Source: Parcubacteria group bacterium
GTDB taxonomy: Bacteria; Patescibacteriota; Minisyncoccia; Portnoybacterales; UBA2143
NCBI GenBank assembly: GCA_002685955.1
Contig: NYYU01000028.1
Location: 9,740-41,739, forward strand
Direction: 5' to 3'
Length of the DNA stretch: 32,000 nt
The notes beneath the pieces were generated by a model, which saw only the letters and a list, made by a program, of their open reading frames with translations, did no database searches and was not told the origin of the DNA. Shown here piece by piece: positions 14,943 to 23,051 of this stretch; the first letter of the stretch is position 1, and each line of letters begins with the position of its first letter. A program made the translations under genes and the position numbers.

Positions 14943-14994
14943 AAAAATTAAAAAATCCTGACTAAAATATGTTTATAAAAACTTTAGTCAGGAT
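14943..14994 (-). terminator. rho-independent terminator after the HNH-motif gene
   Basis: Perfect 12-bp stem atcctgactaaa (14955..14966) / tttagtcaggat (14983..14994) with a 16-nt loop. On the minus strand it is followed by TTTTTAATTTTT. Begins 1 nt after the stop at 14996. Confidence 0.75.
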
Positions 14995-14995
14995 C

Positions 14996-15514
14996 TTAAT
15001 TAAAAATTAAATTAAGTTTGGTAAAAAGATCCCAGCGGTTTATTTCAAGATACTGTTTTATCCGATCTATCCACCAACGTTCTACATCAAGTAATTGATA
15101 TCTGCCTTCTTTTATAGCCACTAGCCCAGCTGGTTTAAATTCTTCCTTCAGAACAAAAAATACATTTTGGCGGTCCTCTCCAAGAAATCCAGCTACTTTT
15201 CTAACTAAGAGTACTTCCTGTATAGAACCAAAGAATTCTAGATAAAATATCATCACAGCTGCTATTATATGAATTCTGTCATGACATCCACGACAACACA
15301 AATGAATTTTTCTTAAGTCATCGAATACTCTTCTTTTACCTTTAAAGTTCCAATGATGCTTAAACGCTTGTTCTGGGGATAAACAAGAAGAGCAAGTTGG
15401 AAAACAACATTTCCCACCTGATCCTATTACCATTAATGCCTTTCTTAAAGCAGGACTTAAGCCACAATTTGGTATTATCTTTTTAGCTGCCTCGTTAAAT
15501 CTTTCTCTGCCCAT
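14996..15514 (-). CDS. HNH-motif (beta-beta-alpha-Me zinc finger) protein with uncharacterised C-terminal half, 172 aa
   Basis: ORF 14996..15580 trimmed to ATG 15514, preceded by GGAGGGAG. Motif CSSC-x9-HH-x19-CCRGCHDRIH fits CxxC...HH...CxxCHxxxH of HNH nucleases, although the usual Asn is not obvious. Confidence 0.55.
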   Translation of the reverse strand: MGRERFNEAAKKIIPNCGLSPALRKALMVIGSGGKCCFPTCSSCLSPEQAFKHHWNFKGKRRVFDDLRKIHLCCRGCHDRIHIIAAVMIFYLEFFGSIQEVLLVRKVAGFLGEDRQNVFFVLKEEFKPAGLVAIKEGRYQLLDVERWWIDRIKQYLEINRWDLFTKLNLIFN

Positions 15515-15551
15515 TATCTCCCTCCTTGTTAAAAAACTAACCTCGTAAAAA

Positions 15552-16217
15552 TTACGGGGTTTGGTTAAGCGCATCTTCAATCGCCTGCTCGATAACCTCG
15601 TAGGGCTGATTACCTACAATTTTATGACCGTTAATAAAGAAAGTTGGCGTGCCACTAACTTGATCTTGAGTAGCCTGTTCAAACCAGGTCTTAACCTTAT
15701 TCTCATGCCTGGCTGAATCAAAACATTCATCAAATTGGTCCTGATCTAGGCCCAAAGTACCAGCGATGGCCTTGAGATCTTCAACTGACCCAAGCTCTCC
15801 AGCATGTTCAAAAAGATATTCATTCATTTCTGGAAAAGCCTCTTGTTCATCAGCGCAAAGCACATTTAAACCTAATTCTAAAGGAGAAACTAATCTAGAG
15901 ACTAATTTCACTTGGCCGGTTTTAATATATTTATCCATAATTAATGGAAGGGTTTCTTGATGGAATTTAGCGCAAAACCCGCAAAAATGACTTGAGTATT
16001 CTACCATAGTTACTGGCGCTTCTGGGTCACCGGTAATCAATTCTTCGGCTAAATTGACACTTGTATCTACTATGGGCGACTGTTCTTCAATATTATCTAC
16101 AATAGCCGCAGTTTGATCAGTTAATCCTTCTCCATATTCGCCAGCGTACCAAACAATTCCAGCTAAGATTAAAATAGCGATTAGACCTAAAATAATTGTC
16201 TTCTTATTTGACATCAT
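15552..16217 (-). CDS. membrane-anchored DsbA-family thiol:disulfide oxidoreductase
   Basis: ORF 15552..16250 (TTG). ATG 16217 or 16214 (MMSNKKTIILGLIAILILAGIVW) gives an N-terminal TM anchor. CGFC active site in a thioredoxin-fold domain. Confidence 0.8.
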   Translation of the reverse strand: MMSNKKTIILGLIAILILAGIVWYAGEYGEGLTDQTAAIVDNIEEQSPIVDTSVNLAEELITGDPEAPVTMVEYSSHFCGFCAKFHQETLPLIMDKYIKTGQVKLVSRLVSPLELGLNVLCADEQEAFPEMNEYLFEHAGELGSVEDLKAIAGTLGLDQDQFDECFDSARHENKVKTWFEQATQDQVSGTPTFFINGHKIVGNQPYEVIEQAIEDALNQTP

Positions 16218-16283
16218 ATATATCTTACTACTATTGATTAAATAATGCAATAAGAAAGCCAGGTTTATTATTAATACCCTGGC

Positions 16284-16769
16284 TTAATTGGAAATTATTT
16301 TCTCTAATTGGGTTAAAGAGCGATGGCCTTTGTAATAAATAATCTGACATTTCTCTTCTAAATACTTCTGGAGAAATCGAACAATTGTGAGCCGATCTTC
16401 CACATAAACATCAACATCCATTTGCCTAATTTTGGCTAATTTAAATCTCTTATGACTCTGACCATCAGGACAAAGATACAAACTATCAAAAGGAACACCT
16501 CCTTTTCTCAAACAGTTAGATACTTCATCTCGGCATTCCAGAAGATGTCCGGAAATAATCACAATTCTATTCTTTGCCTGTTTAATCTGATTAATTAAAG
16601 CAAGTATTTCTTCGTTAATCCTTATGCTCTGATAAAACTTATCCTTTAAAAAAGTTATTTCTCTCAATCTCCTAAATAAAGGATCTAAATTTAAATTCTT
16701 TAATGCTCCATAAAAAGGCATTGGAGAAACGAAAATCACGCCATCCAAATCAAATCCATATATTTTCAT
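16284..16769 (-). CDS. small HAD-superfamily hydrolase-like protein
   Basis: 161 aa. N-terminal FDLDGV (DxDxV/T motif I). Strong SD GAGGGGGTGA upstream. Substrate unknown. Confidence 0.6.
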   Translation of the reverse strand: MKIYGFDLDGVIFVSPMPFYGALKNLNLDPLFRRLREITFLKDKFYQSIRINEEILALINQIKQAKNRIVIISGHLLECRDEVSNCLRKGGVPFDSLYLCPDGQSHKRFKLAKIRQMDVDVYVEDRLTIVRFLQKYLEEKCQIIYYKGHRSLTQLEKIISN

Positions 16770-16812
16770 AATCTCACCCCCTCTTTAATTTGTTAAAAAA
16801 CTACTGATTAAA

Positions 16813-17652
16813 CTACACTAAAAACCCTTCTTTTTCAAGTATTTTCCTTTTTAATTGACTGCCATTGGCGAATCCGCCAATTTGGCCATCGGACCTAATG
16901 ACCCGATGGCAAGGAACATTTTTATCCCTATTCTTGTTTAAAATATTGCCCACTGCTCGAAAAGCTCTTAAATGACCAATCCCTTGGGCCACTTGCTTAT
17001 AGGTCATTACTTGGCCTTTAGGAATTTTGCTAACTAGATAATAGACCTTATCCTTAAAGGATAAATTATCAAAAACTGGCTGAAAACTCTTGCGATGAAT
17101 TTGACAAACCCCATATTTCTTCAATCTGGCCAAATGAAGCTTAGTGCCGTACCCCTTATGATGAGCAAATCCATATTGAGGATATTTTTTTCCTAACCGT
17201 TCCATTAATTTATCCCGATTTACTTTAGCAATAATGGAAGCTAAAGCTAAAACAAGAATTTTCTGATCACCTTTAACAACTGGTTTTTGTTCTACATTCA
17301 AATTAGGTATAGCTTGATTACCATCTAAAAACAGGAAGTCTGGTCGAGGATTTAATTTCTTAAAGCAGCGCCGCCAGGTCAAAAGAGTTGCCCGACCAAT
17401 ATTAACCCGATCAATTACCTGGGGCCAAACAAAACTAACCTTGAATTTAATCTTCGGCTCCTGTTTTATTATTTCAAAAATCTCTTGTCTTTGTTTAGCT
17501 AAAAGCTGTTTTGAATCTTTAATCTTCCCTTTAAAAAATTTAACCCGACTGTTATTAACAACCACAATGGCCGCAGTCACTGGTCCAGCCCAGGCTCCTC
17601 GGCCAACTTCATCAATCCCCGCCACTATTTGATAGCTTTTCTTAAAAGACAT
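16813..17652 (-). CDS. rnhB: fusion protein: RNase HII (res 1-197) + MGMT/Ogt-type alkyltransferase DNA-binding domain (res 198-279)
   Basis: N-terminal half has AGIDEVGRGAWAGPV, FLFLDG and KGD (RNase HII catalytic DEDD set). C-terminal 82 aa read IPKGQVMTYKQVA...RAVGNILNKN...VPCHRVIRSDGQIGGF, with the PCHR active-site Cys at nt 16909..16911. One uninterrupted frame. Confidence 0.85.
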   Translation of the reverse strand: MSFKKSYQIVAGIDEVGRGAWAGPVTAAIVVVNNSRVKFFKGKIKDSKQLLAKQRQEIFEIIKQEPKIKFKVSFVWPQVIDRVNIGRATLLTWRRCFKKLNPRPDFLFLDGNQAIPNLNVEQKPVVKGDQKILVLALASIIAKVNRDKLMERLGKKYPQYGFAHHKGYGTKLHLARLKKYGVCQIHRKSFQPVFDNLSFKDKVYYLVSKIPKGQVMTYKQVAQGIGHLRAFRAVGNILNKNRDKNVPCHRVIRSDGQIGGFANGSQLKRKILEKEGFLV

Positions 17653-17664
17653 AACTAGCCCAAA

Positions 17665-18624
17665 CTATTTAATCAAATTAGGCGGCGTTTCGCCCTCTAA
17701 AGCGGCAATCACATTATTAGCTGCTATCTGAGCCATCTTATTTCGAGTTCCTTTAGTAGCTGAGGCAATATGAGGGGTGATAATAACATTATCTAATTTA
17801 GCTAATCCCGGCATTAATTCCGGTTCTTTTTCAAAAACATCTAGAGCCGCTCCGGCAATCTTTTTATCTTTTAAAACTTCCACCAATGCTTTTTCATCAA
17901 TGATTGGCCCTCGAGAAGTATTGATTAAATAACTGGTTAGTTTGATTAATTTTAACCTTTCGGCATTGATTAAATGGCGCGTCTCATCAGTCAAAGCAGT
18001 ATGTAAGCTAATAAAGTCGGCTTCGGACAATAGTTGATCAAGTTCTCGATATTCTAATCCATGCTTTTCTTCTAACGCCTGATTACGCTTAATATCATAA
18101 TAAATTACTTTCATATTAAAGCCTTTTTTCATCCGCTCGGCCACCGCAAAACCAATCCGACCCAATCCAACAATGCCTAAAACTTTATCGACCAGATCGC
18201 CTCCTAAAAACAACTTTGGACCCCAAATTTGATACTGACCGGCTCGAGTATATTTGTCGGCCTCAACTACTCTTCGAGCAATGGATAACAAAAGAGTAAC
18301 CGTATGATCAGCTACGGTGTCAGTTAAAACGCCCGGCGTATTAGTCATCACAACCTTTCTTTCTTTGGCTGCTTCCAAATCCAGATTATTATACCCGACT
18401 GCATAATTAGCCACAATTTTTAATTGCTGACCAGCCGCATCCATAACTGAACCGTCAATCTTTTCAGTTAAAACGGACAAAATAGCATCAACCCCTTTAA
18501 CGCCGTCTAATAACTCTTGTTTAGATATTTTTCCTTCAGGGCCAACCGAAACATCATAACCCTTGTCTTTTAATAATTTGATTCCTATCTCCGGAATCTG
18601 GCGAGTAATAAATACTTTAGGCAT
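17665..18624 (-). CDS. D-isomer-specific 2-hydroxyacid dehydrogenase (glyoxylate/hydroxypyruvate reductase-like)
   Basis: 319 aa. GIVGLGRIGFAVA NAD fold. Catalytic Arg/Glu/His context: NTSRG, DVFEKEP, TPHIAS. Confidence 0.85.
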   Translation of the reverse strand: MPKVFITRQIPEIGIKLLKDKGYDVSVGPEGKISKQELLDGVKGVDAILSVLTEKIDGSVMDAAGQQLKIVANYAVGYNNLDLEAAKERKVVMTNTPGVLTDTVADHTVTLLLSIARRVVEADKYTRAGQYQIWGPKLFLGGDLVDKVLGIVGLGRIGFAVAERMKKGFNMKVIYYDIKRNQALEEKHGLEYRELDQLLSEADFISLHTALTDETRHLINAERLKLIKLTSYLINTSRGPIIDEKALVEVLKDKKIAGAALDVFEKEPELMPGLAKLDNVIITPHIASATKGTRNKMAQIAANNVIAALEGETPPNLIK

Positions 18625-18665
18625 AATATATTCCCTTTCTTAATTTATTCTACTACGTTCTCATG

Positions 18666-18698
18666 CCAAAAACAATATATCGTCATCCGATGACGATA
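18666..18698 (-). terminator. probable rho-independent terminator after the ABC exporter gene
   Basis: Perfect 9-bp stem tatcgtcat/atgacgata (18678..18698) with a 3-nt loop. On the minus strand it is followed by tattgTTTTTgg. Begins 2 nt after the stop. Confidence 0.55.
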
Positions 18699-18700
18699 AT

Positions 18701-20440
18701 TTATTTTATAATGGTTGACTGTAATTGATTGAGTTTTTTATAGACTCCGCCTTTGGAAATAAGTTCTTGGTGATCGCCCTCTTCTACTATCCTGCCTTTT
18801 TCTAAAACCAGAATTAAATCAGCTTTTTGAATAGTGCTTAACCGATGGGCAATGACAAAAGTAGTCCGGCCCTTAATTAATTGGGTTAAGGCCTCTTGAA
18901 CTAACTTTTCCGTAGCGCTATCCAGACTAGAAGTCGCCTCATCAAGAATAAGAATCTTAGGATTTCTTAAAACAGCTCGGGCAATAGCCACTCTTTGTTT
19001 CTGACCGGTAGAAAGCTTAATGCCCCGCTCGCCTACCAACTGCTCATATTTTTTATCAAACTTCTGGACAAATTCATGAACATGAGCCGCTTGAGCCGCT
19101 TTAATAATGTCCTGCTCAGTTGCTTTTTGTCGGCCATAACGAAGATTATTCTTAATGGTATCGTTAAAAAGAGTTACTTCTTGAGGCACAATAGCTATTT
19201 GTTTTCTTAATGATTCCAGATTAACTTCAGCAATATCCTGATTATCAATCAAAATCTTGCCCTGCTTAGGGATGTAGTAGCGGGAGATTAAATCAATTAA
19301 AGTCGTCTTACCGACTCCGCTTTCACCGACCAAGGCAACCATTTGGCCCGGCTTAACCTTAAAGTTGATATCTCTCAAAACATTCTTATTCCTTTGATAG
19401 CCAAAATTAATATTCTGAAATTCTACGGCGCCTTTAATATTTTTAAATTCCTTTTTATCTTTTTGATACGGCTCTGGTTCAATATTAAGAAGTCTCCCAG
19501 CTCTTTTAATGACTATCAACCCTGTTTTTACTCTTCTATAATGCATAGACAACATATAAAAGGGACCATATGCTAAATAGACATAACCGACAAACATCAC
19601 TAATTGACCAGGAGTAATTATCCCGTTTTTTAACATTATTACAGCCCATGCAAAAACAGAAACAAACCCCAAGTTAAGTATTGTCTGTTGCCAAGCACTA
19701 AGGCATCGCCACAAATCTCTTATCAACTTCTCTATAACACCGGCCTTATTATGAAACCCCTTATACATCTTCTTTCTCTCCACTTCTTCATTAGTAAATG
19801 ATTTTACTGTCTGAATATTAATAACCGAATCATAAAGATTACCATGTGCTCTTTCATATGCTTTGCTCATCTTCTTTTGTATCTTAATCATTGGCTTTGT
19901 TTTCCAAACTGTCACCAAAGAATAAAAAGCTAGAATAAATAACAATAAAAGCATTAAACGCCACTCAACAAAACCCATAACTATTAAAGAAACAATAACT
20001 GTTAAAAAATTAGGTCCGATATTAAAAACTACTTGATCTGTAATCATTTCTAAATTCCCGGCCCCGCGAGCAACCCGTTGAATCACTTCACCCATTTTTT
20101 TATTTTTATGAAAAGTCAAAGGCAAATCCAAAAGATGATTAGTTATTTTCAAAAGAAAATCATTATAAACATCAATAGTAATGTAAGCACTCTGATTCCC
20201 AAAAGAGCGATTAAGCCAATCTTTTAAAATAACTAACACCAACCATAAAACAAGAATACCACCGATTAACTGCAAGCTAGTTGATTTTAGAACCGCTACG
20301 TCAACCAAGCGACCGTAGATATATGGAATAACAGCGCTAATAAAAGAGCCCAGAAGGGCGATCAGGGCTATCCAATAAACTTTCTTTCTGTATTTGCTTA
20401 AATACTGCCAAATAACTTTTGAATCTTTAAATATTTTCAT
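18701..20440 (-). CDS. ABC exporter, fused permease/ATPase (MsbA/ABCB type)
   Basis: 579 aa. N-terminal 6-TM domain, Walker A GESGVGKTT, signature LSTGQKQR, Walker B ILILDEATS. Confidence 0.9.
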   Translation of the reverse strand: MKIFKDSKVIWQYLSKYRKKVYWIALIALLGSFISAVIPYIYGRLVDVAVLKSTSLQLIGGILVLWLVLVILKDWLNRSFGNQSAYITIDVYNDFLLKITNHLLDLPLTFHKNKKMGEVIQRVARGAGNLEMITDQVVFNIGPNFLTVIVSLIVMGFVEWRLMLLLLFILAFYSLVTVWKTKPMIKIQKKMSKAYERAHGNLYDSVINIQTVKSFTNEEVERKKMYKGFHNKAGVIEKLIRDLWRCLSAWQQTILNLGFVSVFAWAVIMLKNGIITPGQLVMFVGYVYLAYGPFYMLSMHYRRVKTGLIVIKRAGRLLNIEPEPYQKDKKEFKNIKGAVEFQNINFGYQRNKNVLRDINFKVKPGQMVALVGESGVGKTTLIDLISRYYIPKQGKILIDNQDIAEVNLESLRKQIAIVPQEVTLFNDTIKNNLRYGRQKATEQDIIKAAQAAHVHEFVQKFDKKYEQLVGERGIKLSTGQKQRVAIARAVLRNPKILILDEATSSLDSATEKLVQEALTQLIKGRTTFVIAHRLSTIQKADLILVLEKGRIVEEGDHQELISKGGVYKKLNQLQSTIIK

Positions 20441-20467
20441 TTATTTTATTATTCTACCATATTATTT

Positions 20468-20502
20468 ATAAAAAGAAACCCCGCGTTGTTAGTTACACGG
20501 GG
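20468..20502 (-). terminator. probable rho-independent terminator after the 76-aa gene
   Basis: Stem ccccgcg/cacgggg (20479..20502, one mismatch). On the minus strand it is followed by TTTCTTTTT. Confidence 0.55.
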
Positions 20503-20517
20503 CTAGAAACTTTTAGA

Positions 20518-20748
20518 TTAAAGACAAAATCTTCCCTTCACCGCTGTCATGGTCTGTTCGCATTCTGGGCACTTCCTTTCGTTATTCAAATTTCTTTCAT
20601 TCAATAACAACTTCTGCCTACTTTTATGTTTTTTGACATTAAGACAAAGCCATCTTGTCTTTTTGCTTATCTTCCCTGAATTATTCTGCGATTTTGGCTC
20701 ACTCGGTTCAATACCCTCATCATAATAACGATCAAAATACTCTACCAT
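20518..20748 (-). CDS. small basic hypothetical protein (76 aa) with CPEC motif
   Basis: AAGGAGG SD 5 nt before ATG 20748. Has its own promoter-like and terminator-like signals. Four Cys (C35, C60, C63, C75), a possible zinc ribbon. No family recognised. Confidence 0.5.
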   Translation of the reverse strand: MVEYFDRYYDEGIEPSEPKSQNNSGKISKKTRWLCLNVKKHKSRQKLLLNERNLNNERKCPECEQTMTAVKGRFCL

Positions 20749-20810
20749 GACATCCTCCTTTTCTTATTAAGAGTTAAAGAACTAAAAAACCAATCTATTA
20801 GCTGAGTTAG

Positions 20811-20838
20811 ATTATCATAATTTCCTCTTATTCGTCAA
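20811..20838 (-). promoter_or_regulatory. sigma70-like promoter for the 76-aa gene
   Basis: Minus strand reads TTGACG (20838..20833) - 16 nt - GATAAT (20816..20811), just downstream of the tgt stop. Confidence 0.45.
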
Positions 20839-20854
20839 ACAAAGATATCCCCAG

Positions 20855-21991
20855 CTATCCAATATTTTTATCTTCTTTAATATCTCTTCTAATTTTCTCC
20901 ATAAACCGAGAAATAAACCAAAGATTGTGGAAAGTGGCTAAACGCGCTCCAAGTATTTCTTTGGTTTTAAAAAGATGATGTAAGTAGGCTCGATTAAAAT
21001 TTTGGCAGGTATCACAAGAACAATTCTTGCTAATCGGCTTTTTATCTGTTTGATAAACAGATTTTAAAATACTAAACTTCCCTTGAGCTGTTAAAAAAGT
21101 GCCATGGCGGGCCAAACGAGTTGGCTGGACACAATCAAACAAATCAATTCCCCGTTTAACTGCCTCTTTAATATCATCTAAATAACCAATGCCTAATAAA
21201 TGACGCGGCTTATTTGAGGGCAAATAAGGAATGACCCAATCTAAAGCCTTTTTCATTTCTCCCTTACCAAATGAACCACCAATGCCAAAACCATCAAAAG
21301 GCAAGTCACCAATAAATTTAGCGCTAGCCTGTCTTAAATCCTTGAAAAGACCACCCTGAACAATACCAAAAAGAGCTTGTTTGTTCCTCTTTTTAGCTTT
21401 AAGACATCTTTGAGCCCATTGATGAGTCCGTTCCATGCTTTTTTGAGTATAATCATAATTAGCCAAAGGCGAAGTACATTCATCAAAGACAAAAATAATA
21501 TCAGCCCCTAAATCCTCCTGGATTTTAATTGAGCTTTCTGGAGTAAAACGATGATGAGAACCATCTAAGTGGGAAGTAAAAGTTACCCCAGCTTGATCAA
21601 TTCTAGCTAATTTAGCCTGTTGACCTACTTGTTCCTCTTGAATATTTTTATTTAAAATCTTACCTACTTTATCTTTTAATCCAAAACCCAGACTAAAAAC
21701 TTGAAAACCACCGCTATCAGTAATAATTGGCCCGGGCCAATTCATAAATTTATGAAGGTCGCCAAGTTTTTTAATAATTTTAGACCCAGGCTGAAGATAT
21801 AAATGGTAAGTATTGCTTAAAATCGCTTCAAAACCAATCTTTTTAATTTCTTCTGGACTTAGGCTTTTAATGGCTGCTTTAGTGGCCACGGGCAAAAAAG
21901 CTGGAGTATGAATATTGCCATGGGCAGTTTTAATTAGCCCTAATCGGGCTTTTGAATGTTTATGTTTTTTTAAGACTTTAAAAAATTCCAT
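20855..21991 (-). CDS. tgt: tRNA-guanine transglycosylase (queuine tRNA-ribosyltransferase)
   Basis: 378 aa. N-terminal ARLGLIKTAHGNIHTPAFLPVATKAAIK, DSGGFQ, and zinc site CSCDTC...H. Confidence 0.9.
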   Translation of the reverse strand: MEFFKVLKKHKHSKARLGLIKTAHGNIHTPAFLPVATKAAIKSLSPEEIKKIGFEAILSNTYHLYLQPGSKIIKKLGDLHKFMNWPGPIITDSGGFQVFSLGFGLKDKVGKILNKNIQEEQVGQQAKLARIDQAGVTFTSHLDGSHHRFTPESSIKIQEDLGADIIFVFDECTSPLANYDYTQKSMERTHQWAQRCLKAKKRNKQALFGIVQGGLFKDLRQASAKFIGDLPFDGFGIGGSFGKGEMKKALDWVIPYLPSNKPRHLLGIGYLDDIKEAVKRGIDLFDCVQPTRLARHGTFLTAQGKFSILKSVYQTDKKPISKNCSCDTCQNFNRAYLHHLFKTKEILGARLATFHNLWFISRFMEKIRRDIKEDKNIG

Positions 21992-21994
21992 AAT

Positions 21995-22450
21995 CTATTT
22001 TCTAAGATGATAACCAATAATACCAAAAGCGACTGAAATATTCAAAGATTCTTTACTGCCCAGCATCGGCAAATGAACAATCTCATCAGCTTTTTTTAAA
22101 ACGCTTTGACAAATACCTTTAATTTCATTACCGAGCACTAAAGCCAAGGGAAATTTAGGTTTAAATTTTCTATAATCCAAACTATGCTTAGTTTGCTCTA
22201 GAGCGATAATATTAACACCTTGCTTTTTTAATTTATCTATCACCCGCCAAACTTGCCCATAATGTTCCCAGGCAACATTATTCTCTGCGCCTAAAGCAGT
22301 TTTAGAAATTTTAGAATGAGGTGGCCTCCCGCAAATACCACATAAAAAAATCTTATCCACCACCAAAGCATCAGCTGTTCTGAAAATAGAGCCGATGTTT
22401 TCTAAACTGCGAATATTATCACAAATTATGTAAAAATTATGTTTTTTCAT
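21995..22450 (-). CDS. SpoU/TrmH-family RNA 2'-O-methyltransferase
   Basis: ORF 21995..22564 trimmed to ATG 22450 (MKKHNFYIICDNIRSLENIGSIFRTA...); the 38 upstream codons are a read-through of repeat copy 3. SPOUT motifs LVLGNEIKGI and IPMLG-type HLPMLGSKESLNISVA. Confidence 0.85.
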   Translation of the reverse strand: MKKHNFYIICDNIRSLENIGSIFRTADALVVDKIFLCGICGRPPHSKISKTALGAENNVAWEHYGQVWRVIDKLKKQGVNIIALEQTKHSLDYRKFKPKFPLALVLGNEIKGICQSVLKKADEIVHLPMLGSKESLNISVAFGIIGYHLRK

Positions 22451-22467
22451 CGTTTCGAAGTTTCGAA

Positions 22468-22573
22468 ATTTGTGCGAAGAAAACAGATTTTTAGATCGTA
22501 GGTGTGGACGCGCGCCCGAGCGAAGCGAGGGCAGGGATAAGCGATCTAAAAATTTTGTTTTCAAAGCACAAAT
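22468..22573 (+). repeat. intergenic long-hairpin repeat, copy 3
   Basis: Arms atttgtgcgaagaaaacagatttttagatcg and cgatctaaaaattttgttttcaaagcacaaat. Apex aggtgtggacgcgcgcccgagcgaagcgagggcagggataag. Lies 18 nt upstream of the SpoU start. Confidence 0.85.
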
Positions 22574-22581
22574 AGTAATCT

Positions 22582-22618
22582 AAAAAAATATGGCTGCCGA
22601 CTAAATTAGCCAGCAGCC
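22582..22618 (-). terminator. probable rho-independent terminator after the 118-aa gene
   Basis: Minus strand reads ggctgctggctaatttagtcggcagcc (6-7 bp GC stem) followed by atATTTTTTTa. Confidence 0.5.
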
Positions 22619-22626
22619 CCAGTTTT

Positions 22627-22983
22627 TCAATAATCCTTGCCCAGCATCTTACGATACCGGAGGTCGACCTTAACCGCGCCGACCAGTATTTTTTTGGTGA
22701 TCCAATCGGGTTTTTTAGCCTTTGGCGCCGAAAAAACCTGGAAAAACGGAGATTCTTTATTTATCTCCACTTTAGATCTTACCAAAGTATCAATGAAAAC
22801 CCAGGCAAAATAACAAGTTCGCTTTTTCCTTTCTTGCCCAGGCGGTAAACCCTCCAACCTTTCTTTAAAATCCCCATACAGTTTTATAAAAGAGGGTTGA
22901 GGCCGCATAGGATTATAATCTCCTGTGTTCACTGCCATCAACACCGCTTTCCGGAATTCGCCTTCCAGATTATGTCTTTCCAT
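22627..22983 (-). CDS. hypothetical protein (118 aa), monocistronic
   Basis: GGAGGA SD before ATG 22983. Consensus promoter upstream and terminator downstream. No recognisable motif. Confidence 0.6.
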   Translation of the reverse strand: MERHNLEGEFRKAVLMAVNTGDYNPMRPQPSFIKLYGDFKERLEGLPPGQERKKRTCYFAWVFIDTLVRSKVEINKESPFFQVFSAPKAKKPDWITKKILVGAVKVDLRYRKMLGKDY

Positions 22984-23020
22984 GTTATCCTCCTTTTTCT
23001 AGAGTTTCAAGCTTGTCTAT

Positions 23021-23049
23021 ATCATAACAAATAACTACTAGGTTGTCAA
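23021..23049 (-). promoter_or_regulatory. near-consensus sigma70 promoter for the 118-aa gene
   Basis: Minus strand reads TTGACA (23049..23044) - 17 nt - TATGAT (23026..23021), then about 30 nt of leader with AAGGAGGA before the ATG. Confidence 0.6.
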
Positions 23050-23051
23050 TA

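Noticed and set aside
22451-22467. Tandem TTCGAAAC TTCGAAAC (minus strand) directly before the SpoU ATG as an operator or tRNA-like T-arm
   Set aside because: It is only two 8-nt units with no surrounding tRNA structure, which is too short to interpret. It may simply be part of the outer end of repeat copy 3.
21995-22564. Long N-terminal extensions given by the ORF track (also 12410..13171, 26018..26908, 10033..11055, 6051..6752, 14996..15580, 581..817, 23052..24101, 25620..26039)
   Set aside because: The extensions begin at TTG/GTG or distant codons. They run through repeat/hairpin elements or overlap neighbouring genes. Internal ATGs restore the canonical N-termini: PELPEVE for MutM, MCL for HypC, and SD-preceded starts for hydG, the GH gene and the HNH gene.
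22627-22983. Apparent higher GC of the 118-aa orphan as evidence of horizontal transfer
   Set aside because: This is an impression by eye only. Neighbouring core genes look similar in places, and I cannot compute composition or codon statistics here, so no claim is made.
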